NCBI RefSeq assembly: GCF_006345805.1
Contig: NC_043002.1
Coordinates: 24,118,001-24,182,000 of the forward strand
Length of the DNA stretch: 64,000 nt
DNA from: Octopus sinensis
Taxonomy: Eukaryota
Reading direction: 5' to 3'
The position numbers and the translations under genes are program-made. The first letter of the stretch is position 1, and each line of letters starts with the position of its first letter. Below, one piece after another: positions 13,500 to 26,234 of the stretch. The notes under the pieces are model-generated. The model was not told the DNA's origin. It saw only the letters and a program-made list of their open reading frames with translations, and made no database searches.

Positions 13500-14550
13500 C
13501 TGAATTAGCAAATCTAGACAGAAGAACTAGTAAGGAATTCAATACGAATGGAGGACTTCAAACAAGAGCAGGAGTAACAAGATTATACTTAACTAGAAAG
13601 GCAGATGGAAGAGGATTAATATCATTAGAAGACTGTGTGGAGTTAGCTGGAGTAGTTATAGCTTTCTATGTAGGTAATAATGAAGAAAGTTTATTAAGAG
13701 CTGCTAGAATCACAGTAGGACATAGGGAAGCCAAAAAGTCAAACAAGAAGAAAAATTATTTGACTGGTAAGAGCAGGCTTTGCATGGTAGATTCCCAAAG
13801 ATAGTTGCAGGAAATAGTAGTTGTAAGACATGGTTATGGCTGTAGAAAGGAAGGTTGAAAGGGAGAAGAAAGTTTGTTACCAGCAACACAAAGTCAAGAA
13901 CTAATTGGATAACAGCCAAGATAGACAAAAGCCAGGTAGATTCCCAATGTAGGTTATGTAAATCAAAAGAGGAAAGTGTTACTAATATAGTAAGTGAATG
14001 TAGCATGCTGGTACAGAAAGAATACAAGAAAAGACATGGCAACCTAGGGAGAGTAATCCACTAAGAGGTATGAACATGAACTTAGTAAAGTACTAGAAAG
14101 TAAGAAATATAAGACATTGTGGGACCTAAACATTCAGATGGAGAGAGAAATAGAAGTTAGATGGCTTGATTTAGTAGTAGTAGACAAAGAGAATAGAAAG
14201 TACCAGATATTTGACTTTACAGTTGCAAATATTGAGAAAGTTAATATGACAGGTATAGAGAAAATAGCAAAGTACCAGGACCTAGCCATTGAGTTACAGA
14301 GACAATGTAAAGTGCGAGTAAAATACATCCCTGTAGTTATAGGGGTATTAGGAACTATTCCTGAAGATTTGAACAGATGGATAGAGGAAATAGACATAAC
14401 ACCTAGTTTAGTACAGCTCCAGAAAACAGTGTTATTAGGGACAGCTAGAACACTTAGGAGGGTTCTTGACACTTAAGGTTACTTGTTGTAACCCGATGTT
14501 AGTAATTTTTGTTTTCCAACAGTTTAATCTGTTGTGCATATATAAAATAA
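13500..14550 (+). mobile_element. 5'-truncated R4/Dong-like non-LTR retrotransposon remnant
   Basis: RLYL.R..GRGL, CRLC...H/C zinc knuckle, degenerate restriction-like endonuclease (DLVVVDKE...FDF...KIAKYQDL, IPVVIG.LG); stops and frameshifts; left edge approximate. Confidence 0.85.
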
Positions 14551-14604
14551 TAACAGTAATGAAATATTGTTGTTGATGATGATGATGATAAAAATTGAAC
14601 TCAC

Positions 14605-14651
14605 CAAATCTAACAAATACTGGAAATCATTTGTATTTACTTTGCTCCGAA
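14605..14651 (-). CDS. BRIP1: FANCJ small exon (VRSKVNTNDFQYLLDL)
   Basis: CAG/GTGAG ends, 47 nt, phase 1 to 0; its 16 codons give the spacing expected from vertebrate BRIP1. Confidence 0.75.
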
Positions 14652-16251
14652 CTGATCAGGTCACATCAGGAAAAGAATAAAAAAATAAAAACATAAACAT
14701 TATTAATATTGCTTTTTGAGTTTTTTTTTTTGAATTTAGAAAAAAATTATATAATTTCATTCCTCAAAAGTAGTTACAAGATAATGATGTTTCTGCTGTT
14801 TAGTTGCAAATTGGCTGTCATCCAACTAGTCTAAGATTATAAACAGTTAAGAAATATCTCTTTTTCCAGGATGCTAGACTTTTAAGTGTGTTTACAATAT
14901 CAGTAGATTTGAACTTAAACCCATCACCTCGTCTATCACCTCACTACCACCTTATGACTCTGGTAACTTTAGCGGAGTTCACTCTGTTGCAAGCATTTGG
15001 TCAGGTTTCAATTGGAGGATAGCTTCCTCCCTCCATTCTTGGAGGCCCTTATAATGGGTCATGGACACTACCTTCCCATTTGATTAAGAGATATATTAAA
15101 AAAAAAACCTACTCATAACTTACGAATTTGCACATAATAAGAACAGGTGAATTATAACTTTTCAAGGTAGATCTCTTCTTTGAAGATTTAATACCTGTTT
15201 TTTGTTTATGCAGACTTTTGTACATTTCTTCCCTGTTTATCAATTACTGGTTTCAAACTTTGGCACAGTGATTTCAGTGGAGTGGGTCAGTCGATTACAT
15301 CAATCCCAGTGCTCAACTGGTGCTTATGTTACTGACCCCAAAAGGATAAAAGGCAAAGTCGACCTCAGTGAAACTTGAACTCAGGACATAATGATGGATG
15401 AAATGCCACTTAACATTTTGCCCGATATGCTAACGAATCTGCCAGCTCACTGCTTTCTCTGTTCATTAATTATCATTTAGCTCAATTGCTGCCTACAAAA
15501 GTGAGTCAGTGAAATAGCTTCTACATAGTTTCTTGACCTGCTCAATGTAACAGCTGATTCTCACACAGCAAACACTCTTGTTATCACAAAGCATGTGAGC
15601 ACACAATGGAATTTTTGTATGGTCATTTAACTGCTTGATATAACAGGCATATCATGAGTATGACTTTACATCGCACCTGGAGAGGCCCTGGTTCAGAGTT
15701 CCAGAGTTTGAGGCATGTGGAACCACCTCTTAGCTGCTATTGTTCCCAGGTCTACAACAGCCAAATCTTCTCAAATTACAAACTACCACCATAAAATGAG
15801 GTATGAGAAACTGAATAATGTAGTCCAAAGAACCCCCAATAAACATGATGGTCATAGCTAGAATGCCTTTGATCAGCACTGGCCTAGGTCTAAGCAAAAA
15901 AAAACAAAAAAACAACAAAAAACAGCAGCAACAATTGCATTTCTGTTAAAGATGATGATGATGATGACAATGATAATGGTGGTGATGATATTGACACTGG
16001 TTGTAGATGTGGTGGTAACAATGATGATTTTCAGACTGATTACAACAGTGTTAGTAATGATGATGATGAGGATGAGGATAACATATGTATTCTGTGAGGG
16101 GAGGGTGTTACAAGAACATAATCAAACACAGAAAGGAATAAAAAAATTTCGAAGGATATGATCTACCGCTAACTAAATATTTTTTTTAAAAAGCAGGAGG
16201 AGCATGATAATTAAGAGGACAATATACAAGTTGGCTTATTAAATTACGTAC

Positions 16252-16387
16252 CTAAGTCAGTTAACTCTTTAATTAGTATTGTTAACAAGGATGTGGTTAC
16301 TGTGTAGCTGATTGCTTCACGACAAGAGTCTTCAATGTTGTGTCCTTCATCAAGTATCACAATGTTGCCCTTCAAATTAATTTCCAT
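16252..16387 (-). CDS. BRIP1: FANCJ exon with Walker B (MEINLKGNIVILDEGHNIEDSCREAISYTVTTSLLTILIKELTDL)
   Basis: VILDExHNIED motif II; 136 nt, phase 0 to 1. Confidence 0.96.
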
Positions 16388-16474
16388 CTGTAGATAAACA
16401 AAAAGATATACTATACAAAAATACATAATATATGAGCTAATACTATGTAGATAGAACATATATATATATATTAC

Positions 16475-17280
16475 TCTGTACAATGCCTGTGTGTGAACAG
16501 CTGCGTTCCATGGCAGCGAAATGTGGGCTGTGATGGCAGAGGACATGTGAAGGCTTGAAAGAAATGAAGCTAGTATGCTTCGCTGGAGTGCATGTATGAC
16601 AGTGCGCATGTACAACAGAGCATAAATGTCTTGAGAGAAAAACTGGATATAAGAGGCATCAGATGTAGTGTGCAACAGAGATGAATGTGCTGGTATGGTC
16701 ATGTGATGTGTATGGCTGAGGACAACTGTGTAAAGAAGTGCCAAGCTCTAACTATAGAGGGAACCTGTGGAAGAGGTAGACCCAGGAAGCCATGGACGAG
16801 GTGGTGAAGCATGATCTTCTAATGTTGGGCCTAACAGAGGTGATGGCAAGTGACCGAAACCTTTGGCGATATGCTGTGCTTGAGAAGACTCGGCAAGCCA
16901 AGTGAAATAATAGTCATGGCCATTACCAGTGTCATCTAAATGGCACTCGCGGAATTGTAATTGTGACTGTTGCTGGTAGCATGATTTTCAAATGTTGGGC
17001 CTCACAAGGCGATGACAAGTGACCGAGACCTTTGGCAATATACTGTGCTTGAGAAGACTCATTAAGCCAAGTGAAGTCATAGTTGTGGCTGTTGCTGGTG
17101 TCATGTAAAAAGTACCCATTACACTCTTGGAGTGGTTGGCATTAGAAAGGGCATCCAACTGTAGAAACCATGCCAAATTAGACTGGAACATGGTGCAGCC
17201 CTTCAGCTTACCTGTTACCTGTTCCAGTCAAACCGTTTAACCCATACCAGCATGAAAAGCAGATGTTAAATGATGAGGAT
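16475..17280 (+). mobile_element. RTE-clade LINE 3' portion
   Basis: Same family as 8905-9783, with a partial internal duplication. Confidence 0.85.
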
Positions 17281-18251
17281 TTCTAGCAATGTAGGTGCTA
17301 ACCTGTACAGTCAGTCACAATTAGTGAACTGAATTTTTCCTTTTTGGTTTTATATTGCATATAACTGCCTTTGTTATTATATATATGTGTGTGCTTCTCC
17401 GTCCAACCCGTGCTAGCATGGAAAACGGACATTAAACGATGATGATGATAATGATGATATATATATATATATATATTTGTTTTTATCAATGGAACCTGAA
17501 GTAGATAAAACTATAAATAATAGTGTATAAATATTGGTTTCAATTTTTGGCACAAGGCCAGCAATTTTCGGAGATTGTGGCTAAGTCGATTACATTGACA
17601 ACCAGTAATCAACAGGTACTTATTTTATCAACCCCAAAAGGATGAAAGATAAATTCAACCTCAGTAGGTGAAGACAGATGAAATGCTGCTAAGCATTTCA
17701 CCCGGCATGCTAACAATTCTGCCAGATCGCCACCTTATAGTGTACAAATATTGAGTTAAAAAAACCCTTAAGATTAGAAAAAGTTGAAGTCTACCAGTGG
17801 TAGAACATCTGTTGTGTTTACAGAAGTGGATTCAAGTCCCATGGGTAGCCTTCGACTCTTTTTCTTTATCCAAAGGGATTTTTTGCCCCAATGGTTACAC
17901 GCTACTAGTTATGGCATTATCTGCATTAATTATATACATAGTTAATGAAAATTAAATTGAATTAATTTAAAGCAATGTTTATCCTAAATCATCATAAATC
18001 CTTGGTTAGCCATAAATTACTGCTGATCATGAACTCTTAACCACTCAGCAACACTGGCACACATTTATTTTATTGCCACCACTGCAAGAAGAATGACAGG
18101 TAAAGCCAACAATATGGGAACTGAACTTGGAATAGATAGAGATGTAACTAGATAAACACTGCCACAACACATTTCATCTGTCACTCTGCTGACTCGATCA
18201 TCTGCTGCTTTTTTAATGAGAAATTAAAAGGATAGTATTCTTTCAACTTAC

Positions 18252-18353
18252 TATTTTGCGTATTGTTGGGTCCAGTAAATAGTTGTATGGGCAAAATATG
18301 ATATCTGAGTCCTTCATAAGAGACCGAGTGAGAAAATAGGGACAAGCCTTCAT
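18252..18353 (-). CDS. BRIP1: FANCJ exon ([34 protein letters not shown])
   Basis: ACPY (fourth Fe-S Cys) and [10 protein letters not shown]; 102 nt; alternative in-frame acceptor at 18347. Confidence 0.95.
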
Positions 18354-19081
18354 CTAGAATGGTAGGAAAGAAAAAAAATCAAAAAAAAAAGGGTCATTAT
18401 TAAAAATAAAAGAGAAAATACAAAAACGTGAAATAAAAAATAATAAAAACCCCAACAGAATAAGTACCAAACTTTAAAAAAAAAGTACTGAGGCTGATTT
18501 GTTTAATGAAATCCATCAAGGTAATGCCCCAGCATAACCACAGTCTAATGACTGAAACTAGTAGAGGGTAAAGACTCCTTTCAGTCATGAATGACCTGGG
18601 GATTGCACCTAGAAAGTTACCCTCCAAGGCACAAGTCTGGGCAAGGTTGTTCATGAAAGACTAGCAGTCACCTATGTATACCAGCCACCCTTCTCTACGT
18701 CACCGATGTTATCCAAGTGATAGGCAAAGGCTGATACAGTTTGGCACCAGTGACGTTGCAACTCATTTCTACAGCTGAGTGAACTGGAGCAAAGTGAAAT
18801 AAAGTGCCTTGCTCAAGAACACAACACACAGCCCAGTCTGGAAATCAAACTCATAACCTCATAATTGTGAACCTTGTGCTCTAACCACTGAGCCACGTAC
18901 CTTCACGAAACAAATAAAAGATATGATAAAGGACTGGAGCAAGACACAATCCTCTGACTTGTTAGCTTTTGTTGGACCAGCCACCCCATGCTGATATGGA
19001 AGCCAGATATTCAATGAGGAGAATGATAACACTGACGATGATGTACAAAAAAAGTAGAATATGAAATATCAGTTTGCTTAC

Positions 19082-19204
19082 CTTCTTACTCTGACATATT
19101 TTCACCAGGTCTTCAATGTCCCAAGCAGTTTCCAAACCAAACATTCTTATATCATTTTGTGTAGAGAATCTCATAGCACCGTTAATGTAATGACATTTCT
19201 GGTG
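19082..19204 (-). CDS. BRIP1: FANCJ Fe-S domain exon (HQKCHYINGAMRFSTQNDIRMFGLETAWDIEDLVKICQSKK)
   Basis: Third Fe-S Cys and AWDIEDLV; 123 nt, phase 0 to 0. Confidence 0.95.
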
Positions 19205-19564
19205 CTGGATAAGGGAAAGAAAGAAAATAAAGAGAAAAATAATAAAGAAGTTCATCAGATGATTCAATGGGTTAGCATTAAACAAAATAATAAGCATAAC
19301 AGGCAACATCACTTCAAAATCTTCTCCTGGTAAACTTTGCTTTTACCCCTCCAGAATTTGTATATTTTTGTCAAAATTAGAATCAGCAAAATCAACAGAG
19401 CCTCAGACAAAACATATTGATTAATTATGTCACTTTATGATCTGAGTTGGATTCTGTTGACATCATCTTTATTATTCATTATTCCAAGGTTGATAATATA
19501 ATGTAAAATCCAGTTTGCATAGATTGCACTTTGGTAACAGCTAGATGAATGAATTAATTATTAT

Positions 19565-19960
19565 TGTGGCCGTTGCCAGCCTTGCCTGGCCCCCGTGCCG
19601 GTAGCATGCAAAAAGCACCACCCAACTGTGTCCGTTGCCAGCGCCGCCCCGACCGGCCTCCGTGCCGGTGGCACGTAAAAAGCACCATCCGATCGTGGCC
19701 GTTGCCAGCGTTGGCTGGCCCCTGTGCCGGTGGCACGTAAAAAGCACCATCCGTCCGTGGCCGTTTGCCAGCCCCGTCTGGCACCTGAGCGGGTGGCACG
19801 TTAAAAGCACCAACTACACTCACGGAGTAGTTGGCGTTAGGAGGGCATCCAGCCGTAGAAACACTGCCAGATCAGACTGGGCCTGGTGCAGCCTTCTGGC
19901 TTCCCAGACCCCAGTTGAACCGTCCAACCAAGGGGATTGATGATGATGATGATGATGATG
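19565..19960 (+). mobile_element. RTE 3'-UTR fragment; similar copies near 5090-5400(-), 6845-7210(-), 20240-20610(+), 28945-29165(-), 34860-35040(+), 45885-46080(+), 46888-47040(-), 52020-52298(+)
   Basis: Shared GTTGGCGTTAGGAAGGGCATCCAGCTGTAGAAAC-type core and (GAT)n tail. Confidence 0.8.
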
Positions 19961-20625
19961 TGTTAAGTAGCATGGTCATCATCATCATTTAATGTCCACT
20001 TTTCCATGCTTGCATGAGTGAGACAGAATTCGTTGAGGCAGATCTTCTATGGTTTGATGCCCTTCCTGTCTCCAATCCTCACCTGTTTCTAAGCAAGGTA
20101 ATATTTCCCCATGGCCTGTCATGTTTTACACAGCAGGTTGAAAAAGAACTACATTGCTTGTAATGATGGTGATGCTCCTTTACAACAATCATGTGATGTA
20201 AAGACAAGGGTACAAACAATAACACAAAAATATATATATGAGAAGACCTACTGAGTCAAGTACATCAACATCAAAATAAATATGAAATGGAAATTGTCGT
20301 TGTGATACCTGTGCCGGTGGCACCTAAAAAGCACCATCTGAACGTGGCCGATGCCAGCGCCGACTTGACTGGCTTCTGTGCTGGTGGCACGTAAAAAGCA
20401 CCAACCAATCGTGGCCACTGCCAGCCTCCCCTGGCACGTAAAAAGGACCCACTACACTCATGGAGTGGTTGGCGTTAGGAAGGGCATCCAGCTGTAGAAA
20501 CACTACCAGATCAGACTGGAGCCTGGTGCAGTCTCCTGGCTTCCCAGACCCTGGTCGTACCATCCAACCCGTGCTAGCACGGAAAACGGATGTTAAACGA
20601 TAATGATGATATATATATATATAAA

Positions 20626-21264
20626 CTAGCAGTATCGCCCGGCGTTGCTCGAGTTTATAAGGGAAATAACTATATAAGCATTTTTAGAGAGTTATAGCCA
20701 AAAAATAGCAAAAAATGCATTAAAAATGGAAAAAATATGATGGTAAATTTTTTTTTAAATCGTTGACTCATCGTAGACATTTTTAGAGAGTTACTTCCCT
20801 TATATAATAGCGAAAAAATGCATTAAAATGGAAAAAAAAAACGATGGTAAATTTTTTTTTAAATCGTAGACTCATGTAGACGCTTTCTTAGCCATTTCTG
20901 TTTTGGTGTCTTCAAGCCATGAAGTCGTTGTTCTAAAAGAACGCTGGTCTCCTTGACAACGCATTACGACGTTGATTTCCTTACACTCCCTTCCCCACAG
21001 GTGCAGGTGTGAGCGTGGACGCCAACTCCGCCGCCATCGACACACGAAAAATTATGCATTAAAATGGAATAAAAAATGATGTTAAATTATTTTTAAAATC
21101 GTAGACTCATCGTAGACGCGCGCTAATACTCAGACGGGCTCGATATGAATCACGACTATAAGCTACCCGAATTTGGTTAAACTGCACCGCAAAATGTGGG
21201 AGTAGTTAGGAATCTAAATCGAAGGGGACAGACACTCACACAACTACAGTTTTATATATATAGA
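20626..21264 (-). mobile_element. Non-autonomous Helitron, longer copy of the same family
   Basis: Same termini as 3561-3957, with internal repeated blocks and extra sequence. Confidence 0.8.
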
Positions 21265-21269
21265 TATAC

Positions 21270-21870
21270 ATAGCGCAGTAGTGGTGAGATGTGACAGCAA
21301 AGAAAGCATACATTCACTCTCTGCATGCAATTAGACTCGGAAAGTTCGTGAGGAACCCATTGACCCAATTTGCTGACTTTTCCGATAGCACACAGGTCTC
21401 AATGAATGGTTGAATGACCAAATCCAAGCTTCTCTGCTAGTTCCTCAACAGTTACGATGAGATTTTGTTCCACCAGGGTTTTCAGGATGTCCTTGTCGAG
21501 TTCTACAGATCTTTCAGGATGAGGCTCGTCTTCTAGGCTGTAGTTTATGGCTTGGAATTTCTGGAACCACCATTGACACTGCCTTACGCTTATTGTCCAA
21601 TCCCCATATACTGCATTAATATTTCTTGTACTTTCCGTTGCGTTGTTGTCTTTATTGAACTCATAAAGCAAAATATGCCAAATATGCTCCTTTGTTACTT
21701 CCAACATAGCTTTGAAAAAAATAGCTGTTAAAATCGAAATGCACTCTTCAAAACTTGCACTATGAATAAGGACAAGATAAAATTACTACCTGCTTTTATA
21801 GCAAGTTAATATAAGTAGTTTATCCCATTCCCCTCTGACATTTAGTTCAAGCTGTTGAAAAAACCGCATT
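21270..21870 (-). mobile_element. Mariner transposase 5' remnant
   Basis: HILLYEFNK...WFQKF...SLEDEP...TVEELAEKLG HTH region; interrupted next to the Helitron. Confidence 0.85.
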
Positions 21871-21993
21871 ATTATATATACATACATACATACATACATA
21901 TACACACACACTCTCTCTCTCACACACATGCACACATTTATATTCTGTTATTCTTTTATATGTTTCAGCCTTGAGGTTGTGGCCATGCTGGAT

Positions 21994-21994
<1 letters not shown>

Positions 21995-22029
<35 letters not shown>

Positions 22030-22150
22030 TATCTGTCTGTCTGTCTGTATGTATATATGTATATGTATGTGTGTGAACAATAATATTTTCAACAGATGTG
22101 TTGCAAATGTATCTGATTGTTCTCAAGCTTCAATACTGTGTGTGTGTGTA

Positions 22151-22181
<31 letters not shown>

Positions 22182-22234
22182 ATGTATGTATGTATGTATA
22201 TGTATGTATGTGTGTGTATGTATGTGTGTGTGTA

Positions 22235-22269
<35 letters not shown>

Positions 22270-22310
22270 ATGTATGTATGTATGTATGTATGTATGTATG
22301 TATGTATGTT
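21995..22310. repeat. (TG)n/(TATG)n compound microsatellite
   Basis: Direct inspection. Confidence 0.97.
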
Positions 22311-24349
22311 TACTTTATTACTAACACAAGCCACTACAGTTATTTAATGTAAAGTCTTCCTCAAATCACTCTCTCTTGCTATTTACTCTCTTCCAAGAAC
22401 ATTTTCACTCACTCTTATGTCTTAGCTTCCCATACATTTTACTCATGTATCTATCAGCGTCATAGACAGAAACAAATATTACATCGCCATCGTCACCGCA
22501 TTCTATTGTCTACCTGTCAACACACTGAATTACTTTCACTTTATTCGTAGCACACTGTGTGTGTGCGTTTGCGTGTGCTGTAAACCAGACTAAGAAAAGC
22601 ATTTGACATACACACCAGAATGTGAGTTTTCTGTAAATTTTGCTTAATTGGAGTTTAAATTTTAAAAACTGGACCTGGCATGACCCGATGCATTCTACTC
22701 TTAAAAATGCTAGGTAAATTGTAATTGAAGAAATCCTATATTGTAGATTTCTATAAGTTACAAAGGGAGGCAGATAAAATCTGCCTTTTATAATAAGAGA
22801 TATATATACATACATGCATACATATATTTATACATGCATGCACATATATACAGTGGTAATATTTATCCCCACTTAAATGTGGATGTTATATCAGAACAAA
22901 CTATACTGCGATAGTCACCATGGCAGGTACGGGCTTCTTTCAGTTTCCATTGATCAAATCCACTCACATGGCTTTGGCAGGCTAGGCATTTTTGTCTGAA
23001 GTACAAATGATTCTGTCAGCTCACTGCTTGAATAATAGTAATGATAATAATAATTCTTTCTACTACAGGTACAAAGCCTGATTTTTTGTTAGGTGAGGAC
23101 TAGTCAATTACACTGATCAACCCTAGTGCTCAACCAATATTTATCTTATCAGAAGGGCAGCAAGCTGGCAGAATTGTTAGCATGCCAGGCGAAATGCTTA
23201 GCAGTATTTCGTCTGCCATTACGTTCTGAGTTCAAATTCCGCCGAGGTCGACTTTGCTTTTCATCCTTTCGGGGTCAATCAAATAAGTACCAGTTACACA
23301 CTGGGGTCAATGTAATTGACTTAATCCCTTTGTCTATCCTTGTTTGTCCCCTCTATGTTTAGCCCCCTGTAGGCGATAAAGAAATAAATATTTATCTTAT
23401 CAGAAGGAAAGTGGCAAGCTGGCAGAAACATTGGCACAATGGGTGAAATGCTTAGCGGTATTTCGTCTGTCTTTACATTCTGAGTTCAAATTCCTCTGAG
23501 GTCGACTTTGCCGTTCATCCTTTTGGGGTTGATAAATTAAGTACCAGTTGCATACTGGGGTTGATCTAATCGACTGGCCCCCTCCCCAAAAATTTCGGGC
23601 CTTGTGCCTAGAGTAGATAAGAATATTTATTTTATCAACCCTGAAAGGATGAAAAGGAAAGCCAGCCTTGGTGTAATGAACTCAAAACATAAAACTGGAA
23701 GAAAAGCTGCTAAAAATTTTGTCTAGCATGCTAACAATTCTGCCAGCTCACCAATCTTCATAGTAATAATAATAATAATAATAACGATGACGACGATGAT
23801 AATAATGGTTTCAAATTTTGGCACAAGACCAGCAATTTTGGGGGAAGGGGGCTAGTCAATCCCATTGCCTCCCACCCAGTGCTCCATGGCAGAATTTGAA
23901 CTCAGAATGTAAAAACAGAAAATATGCCACTAAGCAATTTGTCTATCATGCTATCATTTCTGCCAGCTTGTTGCCTTAATAATGTCTCACTTCAAAAAAA
24001 TGCTCAATCTCAAGAAATAGTGTTAAGACACACTTGAAAAAGGATTAAAAGACTTATATCTCAACAAAAAGGAAGAGAAGTAACTCACCCAAAAGAAAAA
24101 AACACAAAAACTGAGGCATCTGAGGAAAAAGGGATGAAAAAAACACAAGAAAAAGAGCCACATTTCAAGACTAAGGGGATAAAAATAACCCATACAAGGA
24201 GAAAAAAACATGTGAGCCTACTTTCAGAAAAAAGAGGGAATAAATGTAACCCACATTAAAAAGGGATCAAGGTAACCTATACAAAAAGTGATCTCACAGG
24301 AAAAAGTGTTGTGATACACTTAAAGAAAAAGGGGTTATAGGTTACCTAC

Positions 24350-24443
24350 CTCAAGATATTCTTTACAGGCCTCATTTATGGATGGTTTCGATCTTACTTC
24401 TTTGTTAATACACAGGTTTTCTCGGCTTGATAAGATACACATC
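24350..24443 (-). CDS. BRIP1: FANCJ Fe-S domain exon (MCILSSRENLCINKEVRSKPSINEACKEYLE)
   Basis: SSR..C motif with Fe-S cysteines 1 and 2; 94 nt, phase 2 to 0. Confidence 0.95.
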
Positions 24444-24948
24444 CTGAAATAGGGATTTGGTTAATGTTTGAATAACACAGATGTTCACACATTTTATAAA
24501 ACACACAAAGTAATTCACACATGCACAGAGTTATTCACACACCTCATGACATACACAAACATATGAACTAGTTTCAAGTTCAAATCAATTAAGAGTATTT
24601 CATTTTTGTGTCTGAGCATTGCACTTAATTCTACACATGCTTCAATTTACTTTATTACCAGAGCTGTGAGAGACAAGTAACATATCCTGAGCAGATTTAG
24701 ATTTATCTCTGTTTGAGGACATCTACCAGGTCACCAAATCTACTGAAATAGCAGCCACATGTAACTCAAATTAGAATCCTACCATTTTGATAAGGACACT
24801 TTAGACAACGTAGTACTACAGTCCATAATAAGGTAGGATGGCCATAGTTAGAATGCCTCTGATTTAGGTCTCATTAATCAGATTTGATCTGAAACTAAAC
24901 AACTACCAACAGATTACAAACATATACCACTCTTTGAAGATCACATAC

Positions 24949-25038
24949 TTCACATTTTTATACTGTGTTTCCTTCAGTTCTCCAACAATCTGTTTGATCT
25001 GCTTGTGAGTTCGTGTGCCAAAGAAAATCTTTGGTACC
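24949..25038 (-). CDS. BRIP1: FANCJ exon, motif Ia (VPKIFFGTRTHKQIKQIVGELKETQYKNV)
   Basis: Matches BRIP1 PKIYFGTRTHKQI; 90 nt, phase 2 to 2. Confidence 0.96.
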
Positions 25039-26031
25039 CTAAAATAATGTATAGAGAGAAAAAGAGGGTGAGAAAAGATTGGATTGCTGTACATGAACAA
25101 TGTTATAGAGAAAGTTATGTATGATAGAGATGGAGGCCTTAGAATGCTTAGTATCTGTTTATTCACATTTATTCATTTATTATTAAAAAGACAAACTGTC
25201 ATACTTGTTAGGATATCTGACAAAATGCTTAATGGCATTTCTTCCAACTCTTTACATTCTGAGTCTAAATCCTGCCATGATCAACTTTGCTTTTCATCCT
25301 TTTGAGGTCAATGTAATCAATTAAACTGCACCTTTGAAATCCTTAATGCAATGGACAAAAACCTTAGCAGCATTCCTTCTGGCGCATAATGCTCTGAGTT
25401 CAAATTCAGCCTAAGTGAAATTTGCCTGTAATCTTTCCAGGGTCAAGAAAAAAAAGATGTACCAATGGAGAACGGACGTTAAACGACGATGATGATGATG
25501 ACCAATGTAATCAAATGACCCCACTCCCTCTAAAATTACTTGCCTTGTGCCAAAATTTGAAACAGTCATTATTATTTCTTTTTATTATCATCAAATTTGG
25601 AACGTTGTGATTGCAAAACAAATATCTTAACCATTAAGTTTTATTGCACCTAGGCTGACATGATACACTGCATAGTTTGCAATAACTGTGGTGAATGATG
25701 TATTGGTAGCACCATTCACAAACTGCACATCTACAATAAGGAGCACATCTATACAAATGCCTCTTCCATCCAAAAGAAAAAAAAATTGAAGAGATGTCAC
25801 AAGGAGATTGTAGTTATTATAAAGGTCACAGAAAGAAATACTGGAAATTTATAGATTAAAGAAATCACCCTGGTTAAAAAATTTAATCTGTTTATAAATA
25901 ACAAACATAATCTACATTACATTGATTGGCTGATTAAGAAATTGGATAACATAGTCCTGGACATATGATTGAGGCCAACCTAGGTCTAAACAACAATGAA
26001 GTATGTCAAAATATAGGAAACACCAATTTAC

Positions 26032-26234
26032 CTCATTTTTTTAGATGCATTTCCATTGCTTCCGTCACACTGGCAAAAACATCTGTCACACTCTGTATAG
26101 CTGAGTTCCTGCTCGTCGATATCACATCCTTTAGAATCACTGCACTCCCCACAACCATCAACAATTTCTTTGTCAGTTTCCTGGGCATTTTCATACTCAA
26201 TGGTAACATGGCTTCGACTTGATTTTGATGAAGT
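26032..26234 (-). CDS. BRIP1: FANCJ variable-insert exon (TSSKSSRSHVTIEYEN...ECDRCFCQCDGSNGNASKKM)
   Basis: CAG acceptor, AG|GTAAAT donor, 203 nt, phase 0 to 2 fits the next exon. Confidence 0.8.

Noticed and set aside
21971-22352. Cys/Val/Tyr and His/Thr ORFs resembling metallothionein
   Set aside because: (TG)n/(TATG)n microsatellite
22350-22800. Further Helitron ends (also 5484-5570 and 29168-29470)
   Set aside because: Only one terminus is recognisable in each case, so boundaries cannot be supported
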